From contig JAUCBJ010003139.1 of assembly GCA_032718475.1 (NCBI GenBank), positions 1-47,604 on the forward strand: a DNA stretch of 47,604 nucleotides, in the 5' to 3' direction. Both the position numbers and the translations under genes were made by a program. The DNA comes from Nemertoderma westbladi. Its lineage: Eukaryota > Animalia > Xenacoelomorpha. The notes under the pieces were generated by a model. It ran no database searches. It was not told the origin of the DNA and worked only from the letters and a program-made list of their open reading frames with translations. Positions 1 through 12,600 of this stretch are shown piece after piece (position 1 is the first letter of the stretch; each line of letters begins with the position of its first letter).

Positions 1-381
1 AGGGGCAGTCCAAGTATGACGTCTGCACTTTTCCCCAAAATGTTGACCCCCTCCCTCCCCTAAATCAGATGTCATCAGATAGGCATTGACACCCCCCCCC
101 CCCCCCCCTAAATCAGATTAAAAAAATTTTCGCGTCCTAATCACTGAAACATGGTGACTGGTAACTGAAACAGAAGGTCGTGCTATGGGCCTTCGGGGGC
201 TTCGAACAATTAAAATAGGCAAGCTATTTACTCTTCTGCTATATCTCTTCTAGCACCTATAAATTAACATGCTGACGTCAGATTTTGGCTGACCCCCTCC
301 CCTCCCCTCATCAGCACGTCATCAGATTTTCCCAACCCCCTCCCCCCCCTAAAGTGCCGACGTCATACTTGGACGGCCCCT
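1..381. mobile_element. Non-autonomous DNA transposon (MITE) with 31-bp terminal inverted repeats
   Basis: 1-31 AGGGGCAGTCCAAGTATGACGTCTGCACTTT is the reverse complement of 351-381 AAAGTGCCGACGTCATACTTGGACGGCCCCT with 2 mismatches. It has C-rich subterminal repeats. The left TSD lies outside the window. Confidence 0.85.
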
Positions 382-1831
382 TATATGTTAGAGTTGTCAG
401 AATGGGAGCTGTATGTGGATACTGCCTGCAGATTAATCCCAGAAAACCGTCAACTACATCATCGTTAATCCATAGGTTTGCTGTATTTATAATTTCTTCT
501 TGTTTTTTGGGCTCACTGTAGTTTAACTCCAGACACTTCAGCGATTCTTTTGCTGGTACTGGGTAGTTAGGCGCTGTAGTGCAGATAGAGTCAATGAAGA
601 TTCTAATTTCAGATGGTATGTCACGTTCGCACATATTTAGATTGTTGTCTGGGTAAACATCATAACCAGTGCCGGCATCATTAGTTGCTTCATTGTAAGC
701 GTGGCGCACCTTAGGGTTTAAGTTTCCACCCAATGTAACATCGTCAATGACTACCACACTGTTGTCAAATGATACATGTTTGTGTTCAGGATCATCTTCA
801 GTAAGATCTATTGTTTCTGGAATAGTGATTTCAGGTTTATGTTTCTTCCTGAAGAAATCAGTTATCTTTGTTATATGAGTAGACTGATTCTTGTTGGAGG
901 GGTTCCCTGATACCGCGATCGAGGAAGGATCGACTCCGGTTAAACTCGAGGAAGAATCGACTTCGGTTAAACTCGAGGAAGGATCGACTCCGGTTAAACT
1001 CGAGGAAGGATCGACTCCGGTTAAACTCGATGAGGGATCGACTCCGGTTAAACTCGAGGAAGGATCGACTCCGGTTGAACTCGAGGAAGGATCGACTCCG
1101 GTTAAACTCGAGGAAGGATCGACTCCGGTTAAACTCGAGGAAGGATCGACTCCGGTTAAACTCGAGGAAGGATCGACTCCGGTTAAACTCGAGGAAGGAT
1201 CAACTCCGGTTAAACTCGGGGAAGGATCGACTCCGGTTAAACTCGAGGAAGGATCGACCCCGGTTAGACTCGAGGAAGGATCGACTCTGGTTAAACACGA
1301 GGAAGGATCGGCATCGGTTGAGGTCAAGGACGGATCGACTCCGGTTAAACTCGAGGAAGGATCGACACCGGTTAAACTCGAGGAAGGATCGACTCCGGTT
1401 GAACTTGGGGGAGGATCGACTCCAGTTGAAGTCGAGGAATGATCGGCACCGGTTGAGCTAGATGAAGGATCGACTCCGGTTGAAGTCGAGGAAGGATCGG
1501 CTCCGGTTAAGCTCGAGGGACGATCGACTCCGGTTAAACTCGAGGAAGGATCGACTCCAGTTGAAGTCGAGGAATGATCGGCACCGGTTGAGCTCGATGA
1601 AGGATCGACTCCGGTTGAAGTGAAGTCGTGCGTATCGGTGCACGATTGATCGGATGGAGTGCCTGAGTCCCGACGGAGGTCCTCTGGGAATATCGCTTTT
1701 CCTTTTAAATCTAAAAGGCGCATAGCACGCTTGAGTTTTTCTGGACGAGATCCCGTAGTGGTTAAATCGTTCTTGTCAAGGAACCGTTTCAGTGTCTCCG
1801 TGTTCATTTTACGGAGACGAGTGTAATCCAT
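382..1831 (-). pseudogene. ORF with SAP domain, 9-aa repeat and the start of a Ulp1/SENP-like SUMO protease domain; interrupted by the MITE at 381; probably transposon-derived
   Basis: The N-terminus RKMNTETLKRFLDKNDLTTTGSRPEKLKRAM fits the SAP pattern. WINDDVVDGFLGLI resembles the WLNDEVINFY motif that opens peptidase C48 domains. The last residues of ORF 311..1831 (KGPSKYDVG...) are read from the MITE TIR. Confidence 0.55.
918..1620. repeat. 27-bp coding minisatellite, about 26 copies, encoding (TGVDPSSSL)n
   Basis: The unit TCGAGGAAGGATCGACTCCGGTTAAAC is repeated head to tail with variants. Confidence 0.95.
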
Positions 1832-4523
1832 ATCCAGAAATACGTGGACGCTAGCACTCGTCTATACGCCCGTTCTGTCGATCCGAGGGATCGCTTGTTG
1901 AGGTCTCTGACGTGGTTGTAGGCTACGAACCCGGCCTCCAGCGAGTATTCTCTGCCAGAAACCTTCGCGCGCGTATTACAGTAGGTACAGCAAATAAAAT
2001 AAAATAAAATCGGAGATAAAATCTGGTTGAGTTGTGGTATCCAATGACGGCGTTAAGTAATATCCACTAGGGGGACATTACTTACGGTAAAATAAACTTA
2101 TCATATTCCGGGGAACGGTGTACTTGCGTATGCTTTACAGTACTGTAATGATGGCCATGGCCATGTATGCCTACAGTTTCGACAGAACACTGAAATATGT
2201 TTACACAGTATGTAGACCTACATATAACAGGTCTTGGGCCTTCTTGCAAAATAACTCACCGTAAAAGTGCATCGTAATTAAATAAACTAATTACCAATTG
2301 AGAAAATAAGTCAATTAAGGTAAAATAAAAAGTGCAGTGATACATGGCAGCCCTCAAAATGGCCACAACTTGGGGGGGGGGGTGTATCAGAATGCCCAAT
2401 CATTGGCTTTCGGAAATAACGCACACACACCCCCCAATTTGGAAAACCTCCCGAATTGCTGAAGCTGATAGCTCACTGTTCTGACTCGTCAGACATAATG
2501 TAGGTCTTATGAATTTATTTAAACTTTAATGATATTTTACCAGGATTTTATTCAGAACAATTTTAAATAGTAACAATTTTCCAAGCTAACCTGTCTGTCA
2601 GGATCGCCTAGGTAGACTGAATCCATTGGTTCCAAGTCCATTCGGGGGATGTATGAAGTCTGGCAGACAATAAAGAGGGTGAAGACGATGAATAAATAAA
2701 CCAATCGGGAATGCATACTTGTTAATCGAATTCTATGATGTAAAATATAAAGGGAGGAATGATAATTATATATACTGTATTTATGTTGGTAAAAAGTAAG
2801 GCGGTATTATTTATTGTTTCTTACCATAATCGGCAGCATTGCTGCTCTACGTTTTACGACGATGTGTGTTTATGACTCATATAAATGAATGGCCCACAGA
2901 TTTAATTATTCAAAGGCCCAATGTTTTTAATAAAAAAAAAAACAATAATGTTTACAAAACAACAATAGAAAATAGCAGCTTGTGAATAATCAATTGCAGA
3001 CAATATTGCAGTACGTGGGACGGCTAGTAAAAATTAATATATTGAGGATATGAGGCATTTAATATATCTAACTGATAAGTTTGAATTAACTTAAAAATCT
3101 AAATAAAATAAATACTGCATGTAATAATTACAGTAACTACTGTATGTACAAATCATTTAAAATAATTTAAAAGTTTTGGTTTGCTCAGAGGTTTTGACAT
3201 GGAGTCGAAATAGTTGGCTGCAAAATCAAGGCTTGGGCAGCGGATTGTGCGTTGAACCCACAGACAACGCACCTTTAGCGAACTAATCTTGTGGTGGAAG
3301 CCGTTGGATAATAACCATTCTACTTCGAAGGTACTTAAATCTAATGGGGAGTGGATATTGATTTAAAATATCAAACTCTTTCTGGGGAATCTCATTTAAA
3401 GTATACAGGTTGAAATATACTGCTACTTTTTCAATGTTCAGTATTTCAATTTCTATTTAGTGTAACTTCACAGCTTTGATGCTATCTAGAAACTCTTCAT
3501 TTAACACAATTCGCAAATTGTTATTGATTTCTCCCAAGAAAGCATTCCACAGGGCTTTGATAAGTAGCCTTGTTATTTGGACAGGGCTTTTAATGAAGTT
3601 GTGACCTGCATAAAGTCATTTACCGTACCTGCAGCTACACTCACTGACTGTACCGGAAAGGAAGGCCAAACCGCTGCAGCTAACAATCACGCGAATATAT
3701 AGTTAATATAATCATCATTAACACAGTTCACAGGAAGGAAATTTGATCAGAGTGCCTGAGAAGTGGTCAGTTTAGGGACTCTGGCCGGTATGCTGTTGAT
3801 TTAGGCAGGAAATCGTGTGGACTTTGTGTCGACGCTGTTGCACCTTCAAGTCGGATGTATACACCAGATCGAGATTTCCCACAACCTTTGTGGGTTTGAA
3901 AAGTTAAAAAGATTCAGCTACTCTCATTAAAACGTATTGTACACAGTACAGTAGGCTATTGGTTAATCTACTGTATAACGGTACAATTGTGATAGACGCA
4001 AGAGGTGGATATATTTTCAGGCCTACCAAAGGTAAACCTACAGAAAGTACTGTACCGTAGGCCACTATACTGTACTGTATATCTTATACAGGGGTACAAA
4101 GAAAGAAGTGGTTAAAAGAACGGTAGCATAGGAAATAAAATCCTGATTTAACATTCAAATCCTTTGATCTAGCTATCAAGAGTGACAGCTTCATTAACTT
4201 GCTTGTTTATATGATCTCATAAAAAATTTACAGCATGATATGATGTTTACAATAAGCACCTGGGCGCACGGGGGGGGGGGGGGGGGGGGGGGTTATAGAC
4301 TTATAGACGCAAGAAAATCTATCTGTATATATCAACAACAACAATGTAATTATCGATTAATAGAAAATAACGCGGTGCAGCAAGTTTTATTAGTTCTGCA
4401 GTAGTAATTAGCTGGTATTTCAGTAGTTTTCTGCGGGAGAGGGATAGGGTGTTAAATTACAGGAAAAAACTTGAAAAAATTATTAAGTAATTTATTTAAA
4501 CAGGACTTGCGAAAACATGAATT

Positions 4524-4595
4524 CGCCACCGGCGGGGATCGAACCCGCGTCTCCCGATAAACGTTCAGGTATGCTAACCACTACACCACGGAGGC
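4524..4595 (-). ncRNA. tRNA-like sequence (pseudo-tRNA or tRNA-derived SINE head; GTT at the anticodon position)
   Basis: The minus strand GCCTCCGTGGTGTAGTGGTTAGCATACCTGAACGTTTATCGGGAGACGCGGGTTCGATCCCCGCCGGTGGCG has A and B boxes and all four cloverleaf stems. The anticodon loop ACGTTTA lacks U33 and purine 37, and the acceptor stem has a T-T mismatch. Confidence 0.65.
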
Positions 4596-5277
4596 TCCTG
4601 CATCTTTCCGATTGATTTGCTATAGGTGGTAAGCTACCTTACGGTTGCTATTGAATACAGTCCGCCCTTACGGATGGATTTAATCTGTATCCTAATACAG
4701 TAGCAGTTATGACATGTACTGCAAACGAATCTTATTGTTTATATGTTTTAACATCCATAGATTGTATAAATTATTAAGTAATTAAACAGGACTAAGGATG
4801 ATCCAACTCTATAGCAAACTTGAAAAAAAGCACAGTAGTACAGTATTTTAAGATTAGCTATTTCCTTCAACGCTTTAAGACTTATATCTTATCTTATAAG
4901 CTTAAGATCAGAGCGTTATCAATAGAGGCAAGAATTGTAATCATATTTAAAATACTAGATTGTGGTTCAGAAGTGTACAGGGCTACAGTTTGCCGTGCCA
5001 TCTATATATTCAATATAATTATATTTAGATTGTAATAATACTCTACGTACAATTACATTTTGTTACGTTTAAATTTTTTATATTAGCTAGTTTTTGTTTC
5101 TTTTTTTAAATATTCTAGAACATATTATCTACTCACTTGATATAAAAATTTTGTTCTAGAACAAATATTTTTTGTTCTAGAAGAAAAAATAAAAAGCAGT
5201 AGTTATTTTCTTAATTTTTTATTGTATGTTATCTTTGTATAAATTTTTTATACTAGCTAGTTTTTGTTTCTTTTTTT

Positions 5278-6208
5278 GGCTAGAGTTCCGTACGTCCCCC
5301 CATTTTTAAAATGACTTGAATTGCCTTGAAATGACTTGTATTGTCATTTAATATTATGGAATATATTTTTTCTACCTATAATATATACTATATATACAAT
5401 ATATATATATATATTATATATATTATATAGTATATATAGATAGTATATATATATATATTATTTTTAAAATGACTTGAATTGCCTTGAAATGACTTGTATT
5501 GTCATTTAATATTATGGAATATATTTTTTCTACCTATAATATATACTATATATACAATATATATATATATATTATATATATTATATAGTATATATAGATA
5601 GTATATATATATATATTATTTTTAAAATGACTTGAATTGCCTTGAAATGACTTGTATTGTCATTTAATATTATGGAATATATTTTTTCTACCTATAATAT
5701 ATACTATATATACAATATATATATATATATTATATATATTATATAGTATATATAGATAGTATATATATATATATTATTTTTAAAATGACTTGAATTGCCT
5801 TGAAATGACTTGTATTGTCATTTAATATTATGGAATATATTTTTTCTACCTATAATATATACTATATATACAATATATATATATATATTATATATATTAT
5901 ATAGTATATATAGATAGTATATATATATATATTATTTTTAAAATGACTTGAATTGCCTTGAAATGACTTGTATTGTCATTTAATATTATGGAATATATTT
6001 TTTCTACCTATAATATATACTATATATACAATATATATATATATATTATATATATTATATAGTATATATAGATAGTATATATATATACTATATATATACT
6101 ATCTATATATACTATATACTAATATTTGATTAGTGTCGCTCAAGAAACATGGTGTTATGGTATAGTAAAAAAATCTCGCAAAATGGGGGGACGTACGGAA
6201 CTGTTCCC
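5278..6208. mobile_element. Nested MITE inserted in a poly-T tract and carrying an internal tandem array
   Basis: TIRs are GGCTAGAGTTCCGTACGTCCCCCCATTT (5278-5305) and AAATGGGGGGACGTACGGAACTGTTCCC (6181-6208), with a perfect 22-bp core. T runs flank both ends. Confidence 0.8.
5308..6090. repeat. Tandem repeat, ~158-bp unit x5, containing (TA)n
   Basis: AAAATGACTTGAATTGCCTTGAAATGACTTGTATTG... recurs at about 5308, 5466, 5624, 5782 and 5940 with near-identical units. Confidence 0.95.
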
Positions 6209-6813
6209 TTTTTTTTAATCTTCTAGAACATATTATATATTCAGTTAATATAAAAATGTTGTTCTAGAAGAAATATTTTTTGTTCTAGAACAAAAAATAA
6301 AAAGCACTAGCTAATTTGTTAATTTTTTTAATTTTATTGTATGTTATCTTTGTATAAATTTTTTACACTACCGGTAGCTAGTTTTTGTTACTTTTTTCTA
6401 AATGTTTAAAAACATATTATCTATTCATTTAACATAAAAATTATTTTGTTCTAGAATAAATATTTTAAGATCATTTTATTATATCAAGAAACATAATTGC
6501 TACAATGGCACGGCAAAGTGTAAGAGTCCCGAGTACAGTATGTGAAAATGATCATAGTAAAAAGTTCTTATATAGCACCTTGCGAGTTACATAATATTTC
6601 ACATTTACGAATAAAATACTTAATGTACTACAGAATCTGTACATACTGTATGTTATTTAAATTGGAAGGAGTTGGAAGGAGGGTTGTAGGAATTAATTAA
6701 GCAAGGTTGAGTAATTTGGTGAAGTGAAACTTTCTAATGAAAATTCTTGGTTTTAGGCTTTGACCCAGAAAAAAGGGTGGCTTTTCTACAAAAACCTGTG
6801 GGGCGAGTCAAAA

Positions 6814-6957
6814 CTGCGAGCCATCAGCGAACTGTTATAATTATACTATGGCCGTATTCTAAAAGTCTGTGTGTGTGTGTAGGTGTGTGTGTGTGTCGGA
6901 AGCCAATATATAACTAGCCATAGTATAATTATAATTGTTCGCTAAGATGGCTTGCAG
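6814..6957. repeat. Fold-back (inverted repeat) mini-element with (GT)n in the loop
   Basis: CTGCGAGCCATC-AGCGAAC..TTATAATTATACTATGGC pairs with GCCATAGTATAATTATAA..GTTCGCT..GATGGCTTGCAG. Confidence 0.7.
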
Positions 6958-7548
6958 CTTTTGCTGCACGACTGCGCGACTCTTTGCGGCCTCACTCGTG
7001 TAACTTTACAATTGATGATACAGTAAATGAAACAAGATTACTTCACAGTTACACTCGCTACACTCGCTACACTCTACAAGAGCACCAAAGCAGGGAATCT
7101 AAGAAAGACAACTTAAGAGTTACCAAAGAGCTCCACCTCTAATAACATTCGCACTCTTTAGAAATCATTGATGGACCAACCCTGAGGGACTTCCTTTCCA
7201 TTAGTGCTAACAAACCGCCGCACCTGACTAATGTTACTGTGTAGCTTATATTGGCTTACCAGAGACACGCCACATTTAATTACTTCAAGATTCAACGTAC
7301 AATACACAGCTGAAGCCCCTCTCAGTCAATTAGGCGAGTACATTTACCATGGAGACACGGACTTTGGCCCTCTACATAAATAGGTTAGCCTCCCGCTATG
7401 AATAATAAAACTTGCTGTACTTCAGTTTTAATGGCGTCAGTTTACTAACAACCTTCACATCATGGATATTTTCGATTACATTGACTGTAGAACAATGAAT
7501 TTCGAATTTTCAATTTGTAAACGGGGAACATGTTGTTATACAATACTA

Positions 7549-7779
7549 CGGGATGTTGTAGCATTGCTGGGTGCTGGGTGCACTCTCCCGGGATGTTGTA
7601 GCATTGCTGGGTGCATTCTCCCGGGATGTTGTAGCATTGCTGGGTGCTGGGTGCATTCTCCCGGGATGTTGCAGTATTGCTGTATGCTGGGTGCTGTGTG
7701 ATGGGTGCTGTGTGCTAGGTGCTGTGTGCTAGGTGCTGTGTGCTGGGTGCGGTGTGCTGGGTGCTGGGTGCACTCTCCA
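7549..7779. repeat. GT-rich minisatellite (~40-bp and 14-bp units)
   Basis: CGGGATGTTGTAGCATTGCTGGGTGC... occurs about 4 times, followed by (GCTGGGTGCTGTGT)n. Confidence 0.85.
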
Positions 7780-8737
7780 GTTACGAAATTTTACTTGAAT
7801 CCGTCCAGGATTGAACCCGCGGACTGTCCAGCTTGAGGTAAAAGGATTATTAACCCTTTTACCAGTCAGGTTACTTCCAGAATGGAAGTCTGGCAATCTA
7901 ACCATTCACATAGCGTCTAAGATAAAAGGTATACCTTGAACAATTACCTGATATCTTTTATGTCCGCAATCTTGGTCCTATTTTTTTCCTCCCAACTGTC
8001 AATATCATCATCTACAACCACTGTGCTCAATCCTACTGTACTTGGCAGTCTTTAACTACTCGCTTTGCAATGAAATGGTACTGTACTGTATAATAACCAT
8101 GAACCATCACAGCGACAAACGGTATAGTTATATGGTACACACTACTCTACATCTACCAATTTTGGCAGGACAATTACTGTAGGTCTACACTAATAGACAA
8201 AGTCGACCGGTATTTTTGAACCACGATATACTACAGAGATTCTAGTCTCAGACTGAGGGCGCATAATATGATCGGCGTACTCAGTTAGACATACGTGTAT
8301 CTAAGGCGCGCCCCACCTCGCCGGTCCTCAATTTTTACTGTGGACATGTTACCCAGGCCTGGGGGTTTACAAAACTTGGGGAAACACCTACTGTACTTTG
8401 CAAAATAAATTATTAGTTTCTTATGTAGGCCTATATCTAACAACCATACTGTCACTGATATACCACATGTTTTAGAAACCACTCCAACCAATTCGATTTG
8501 TTTATCCGAGTTTAGTAAAGTCGTTTGTGTTTACTATTGCTTCAGTTAAATGTTTTACTATAAAGTTCAGGCAGTTTGCGAATTCCGGAGTTGTAGTACA
8601 GTAAGTACATGTGAAGTACTGAGTAGTACACAGTTGTACCGAAGTACAGAATAGGAAAGTCAATGTGTTGGGATTACATATAAAGTCTGAGAGTGTCTCA
8701 TTGTTTATTAGAAAATACAATATTGTAAATTAAACAG

Positions 8738-9300
8738 TTTGAACGAGTTTGCATCATTCGGGGAAACAAAAAAAAATTACAAAAATCGCCGCTCAGGGCC
8801 ACCATGATGTTGGAATTAAGTGTTTAGGGAACCTTATAATTAGCAAGTCGTCAGACTTGATTAGGTCTACTATAAGAAAAAAAAGCTACTGACTACTGAC
8901 TACTGGCTACTGACTACTGGCTATTGACTACTAACTACTGGCTACTGACTACTGGCTACTGACTACTGGCTACTGACCTAGAGCAAAAACGGCGCTAACG
9001 ATTTTGATGAAATTTTGCATGAACCATGAAAATAGATTTCTATGGGTACTTGTGAAATCGCGGTTTAAATTGAAACATTTCAACTTGTTTTATTTCGAAA
9101 AATAGCCCCAAAACACGAAAATTGCCATAGGCGCAATGATAAAACACCAGGTGGCACTCATGAAAAAAATGTATAGAGATGGCCTGGTAAAGTAGCCCCA
9201 AAACTCGAAAATTGCCATAGGCGCAATGATAAAAACACCAGCTGGCACTCATGAAAAATGTATAGAGAGATGGCCTGGTAATGCATTCAATAGGAAGGGC
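8738..9300 (+). mobile_element. Helentron-associated (HINE/DINE-1-like) non-autonomous repeat
   Basis: The microsatellite (GACTACT/GGCTACT)n is followed by ACGATTTTGATGAAATTTTGCA and internal ~90-bp repeats. The block TTTGAACGAGTT.GCA..ATT.GGGAAACAA is shared with the element at 12310. Confidence 0.5.
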
Positions 9301-10826
9301 CAACTAACAAAGAAGTACTTTCTCTGCCAAGTATTATCACTCTACTCTACAACCCAGACAGTATGCAAACATTAACTGGTTTAGCTGGCTATTACAGTCT
9401 CAGCTGAATAACTCTTCCCAATGCGAGTGTGTTGGCTACACTATTGATTGTACTGTGCTCTCTAGCTCTCATCTAATAATAATTGTTTTATTTGGAAATC
9501 TTTGTGCCAACATTAATACTGTGGAGGCTGTATGCTAAGGCTGAATGTTTACTCAGCCTCATAATGATTCTCCATAAGGCTAACATAATCGTTTGAAATA
9601 TAAAAATCTGTTATAACAATAATATAATTGTTGTATTTAATTAATATCGTAGTTTACATTGAACGGTATAAATTGTTAATCGCGGTTTACATTGAAACAT
9701 CTCAACTTGTTTTATTTATTACAAAAATAAGAACGAATTTGTCTTATCACTTCTTGTGCGCGATTGTATTGAATTTATGACAACTGCTGTTATTATTATT
9801 AATCAATTGACACCTCGACTCCTCTGACTACTCTATCCGATAGAACAAAATAATCATTTCGCTAACTGCTCTCTATCTTCTATAATCACAACAGCTTTTA
9901 TAATTCATTAGATGATTACAACATAATAATTATAGTTTGAAGTTGTCTAGAAAATTTCTCGTACACCACCGGGGGACTACGCTCACACAAATTTATTATA
10001 TCAGACAGAACAAAAAGCTTTTACTTGACTCGAACTGTCTCCTACGACTTGCTTCACGGGCCGCTAGGACCGTCTCTAGTTAAAATAATACATTTAGGTA
10101 CTTACGTGTTCAGTTAATCTTCTTAATATTCAAATTAAGCGATATACGTATTAAACTTATTCGAGGAGTTACAACAAAATGCGCCCTATAAATGGTTAAT
10201 TAATCCGTCGGTTAACTTTTCAAGAAAAACATTCTAGGTATGGTCTCCGGGGCAATGACCAATGGAAGAAGTCCAAAAGTTGAATTGGTAGCCAATAGAA
10301 AGCTTGAATTCAACGCACACATCATTTTATTCCTACGCCGAGCAGTACATCAAAATTTTACTACGAATAGGGCCTATCCTTAAAAGCGTTGTATGGTAAT
10401 TAAGCAGTTATATATTATGTATTGGTAACAACAGAAACTGCGTTAACATTTCTGGGGCGGCAGCCGGCAGGGAGATGGAATTATTTGCCATTAAATACGA
10501 TAATTTATTCATTTACATCGGGGAAATTTTTACGCGATTTGGAAATTCATGTTACTAATTTGACTGTCAGGAAGAAAGCATCCAATTTGAACATGTCATG
10601 TAATACAGGGTGATTCATTCATACAGTAGGTAATCACTTTTGAATGGCATGAGGTATCTCGTTGAAATGCTTGGATAATGTTGAATAGTATAAAGGCTTT
10701 ATTGCGAGATGTGTCAGAAACATACAGTAATACAGTTACAGTACTGCTTTTTTTCAGTAAAAGTAATGTAAATTTATCATGATCATGAAACTCGAAATAT
10801 CGAATCTCTTCTCTCTTGGATGTTAC

Positions 10827-11008
10827 CTGTAAGGTAGCGATGGCATCACCTCAACCCCAAGGAGGAACACTCCGCAACTGTCTTTATTTACTCTGCCAAC
10901 AGATTGCTGGTTTGCCACACGGAACTGGAATTGACTCATCTCGGATAGAAACATGCACCAACCAAGCTTTAGGTGATATGAGTGAGTAGGGGCCTCATCA
11001 TTCACCAG
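10827..11008 (-). CDS. Candidate internal exon of an unidentified host gene (182 nt)
   Basis: Acceptor aattag|CTG and donor AG|gtaaca bound one open frame, LVNDEAPTHSYHLKLGWCMFLSEMSQFQFRVANQQSVGRVNKDSCGVFLLGVEVMPSLPY. GC content is higher than in the flanks. Confidence 0.4.
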
Positions 11009-11562
11009 CTAATTGGTTGATAATACAGAACCACTAATGGAACCATTTGTGAAACTCTAAAATAGAACTGCACGGGTACTATAGACGTTGTGTTAAAGTA
11101 AACTTAACACAGAAATGTTATATTTATTATCTTATAAGTGAAGTAATGTATAACCTAAAGGAGCAAGATATTAACATTAATTGAGAAATTGAAATTGACA
11201 CTGTAAATTTTAATGTACATAGTGGTATATTTACATATTACTTGTTGTATTGCCAGTTTAAATTCCGCCCGTCTATTAATAAGGAGCCATCCAATGAAGT
11301 CATTTTATACCTGGATTTATATCCCCTTTTCTCACTTTTTCACACTTTCTACTGTTCTGAGTTTTTTCTTTTAAACATAAGATAACTTCGTCATATAATT
11401 ATTTAGCAGGCAATCCATAATAAAGTTTAATTATTATTATCCAATTTACCTGAATTATTAAAAGCATGTATTAAGAATTCGAAGTCGGGTATTCTCAAAA
11501 CATTACAGCTTCTTTCTATGAAACACCAGACCTACTGTACGTACAGGCCTCTTGGGAAGTTA

Positions 11563-11685
11563 GGACAATTCCGACCCGGACAATTCCGGCCCACTCAGAG
11601 GTCGAATGAAATTTTCATGGGTCGGAATTGTCCGGGTCGGAATTGTTCTAGGTCGGAATTGTCTGGGTCGGAATTCTCCGGATCC
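11563..11685. mobile_element. Short fold-back MITE remnant built from inverted 15-bp repeats
   Basis: (GGACAATTCCGACCC)x2 faces (GGGTCGGAATTGTCC)x4. Confidence 0.6.
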
Positions 11686-12309
11686 AAATAATAATAGTAG
11701 GCTACGATTATTTTTTATATTTTTAGAATCATTATTCGATTTTCACAGAATATCACTACTTTATTATTTTTTTCCACAGAGTCTCTATGAGAGTTTTTAA
11801 ATTATTTTCTATCTTCCCCAGATGTATTTAATTTTACAACATGTAATAATTGAGTAGCGTTTATAAAAATATAATAGGCCTATTCATTCGTAACCATAAT
11901 AAGTGTCCTGCCACCACAAAATAATACCTGAAAGTTAAACATCATTATCTTTTATTAATTATATTTTATAACAAAGAAGTGATACAATACTATTATTGTA
12001 TATCAAATATACACATTAAATCTACTGTATAATAGCTAGTACGCCCTTATACTCCCAAATCTACTGGCCTACGTACTGAAGTCACATTTTTTATATGTAG
12101 CAAGTAGTCGAGTACAGTATCTATTTAGTAAGTGTTAACTAAATCCTAATTTCCACAATCAAATGATATTGAACTGTTCTTGACGAAAAGCACCACAATT
12201 GATCATAATCTGCAAATAAAATAAACAAATTTTAGCATTTTATCTTCTTATCACATCCCAAATCATAACAAAATAACAACTCTTAACTAACAAAGTTTTG
12301 AAAAGCCTT

Positions 12310-12600
12310 TTGAACGAGTTAGCAAAATTGGGGAAACAAATTTGATTGGATATTCTGTGGGGCGAGACAGGAGACACGTAGTCGGCGAGCCTTGACATAC
12401 GGTTTATATAGGGCAAATGGGGCATGTCCGTCCGTCCGTCTGTCTGTCTGGTAAATGTTTGAACGCGAATTTCTCGGCATCGCTGATTCGGAATTGAACC
12501 AAACTTAGTAGGTAAGTAGTAGAGGGAAAATTTAGAAAATTTGTAAAGTTTGGTGAAAAACTAATGTGGTTTTTTTTAATGTTAAATTTTGGTTGCTTGT
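12310..12600 (+). mobile_element. Helentron-associated (HINE/DINE-1-like) non-autonomous repeat
   Basis: The (GTCC)n(GTCT)n microsatellite is followed by ...GAATTGAACCAAACTTAGTAGG...AAAGTTTGGTGAAAA, a layout typical of DINE-1/HINE elements. Confidence 0.6.

Larger units (their letters stand above)
4986..6520. mobile_element. Non-autonomous TIR element with TA TSD and internal ~190-bp AT-rich repeats
   Basis: ta|CAGTTTGCCGTGCCAT (4986-5001) ... ATGGCACGGCAAAGTG|ta (6505-6520), a 15/16 inverted match. The internal repeats (ttctagaacatattatctactc...) continue on both sides of a nested insertion. Confidence 0.7.

Noticed and set aside
891-1643. ORFs 891-1442, 1030-1461 and 1458-1643, and a possible CRISPR-like array
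   Set aside because: They are alternative frames of a stop-free 27-bp tandem repeat. There are no unique spacers and the context is eukaryotic.
3170-3610. Possible coding remnants here and at 13200-13330 and 14480-14700
   Set aside because: Frames are short, stop-interrupted and have no recognisable motif, so no call can be supported without a search.
4524-4595. Functional tRNA-Asn(GTT) gene
   Set aside because: The anticodon loop lacks U33 and purine 37, and the acceptor stem has a mismatch.
7790-7870. Second tRNA-derived SINE head (minus-strand GGGTTCAATCC)
   Set aside because: Only a B-box-like word and a weak A box are present, with no convincing cloverleaf.
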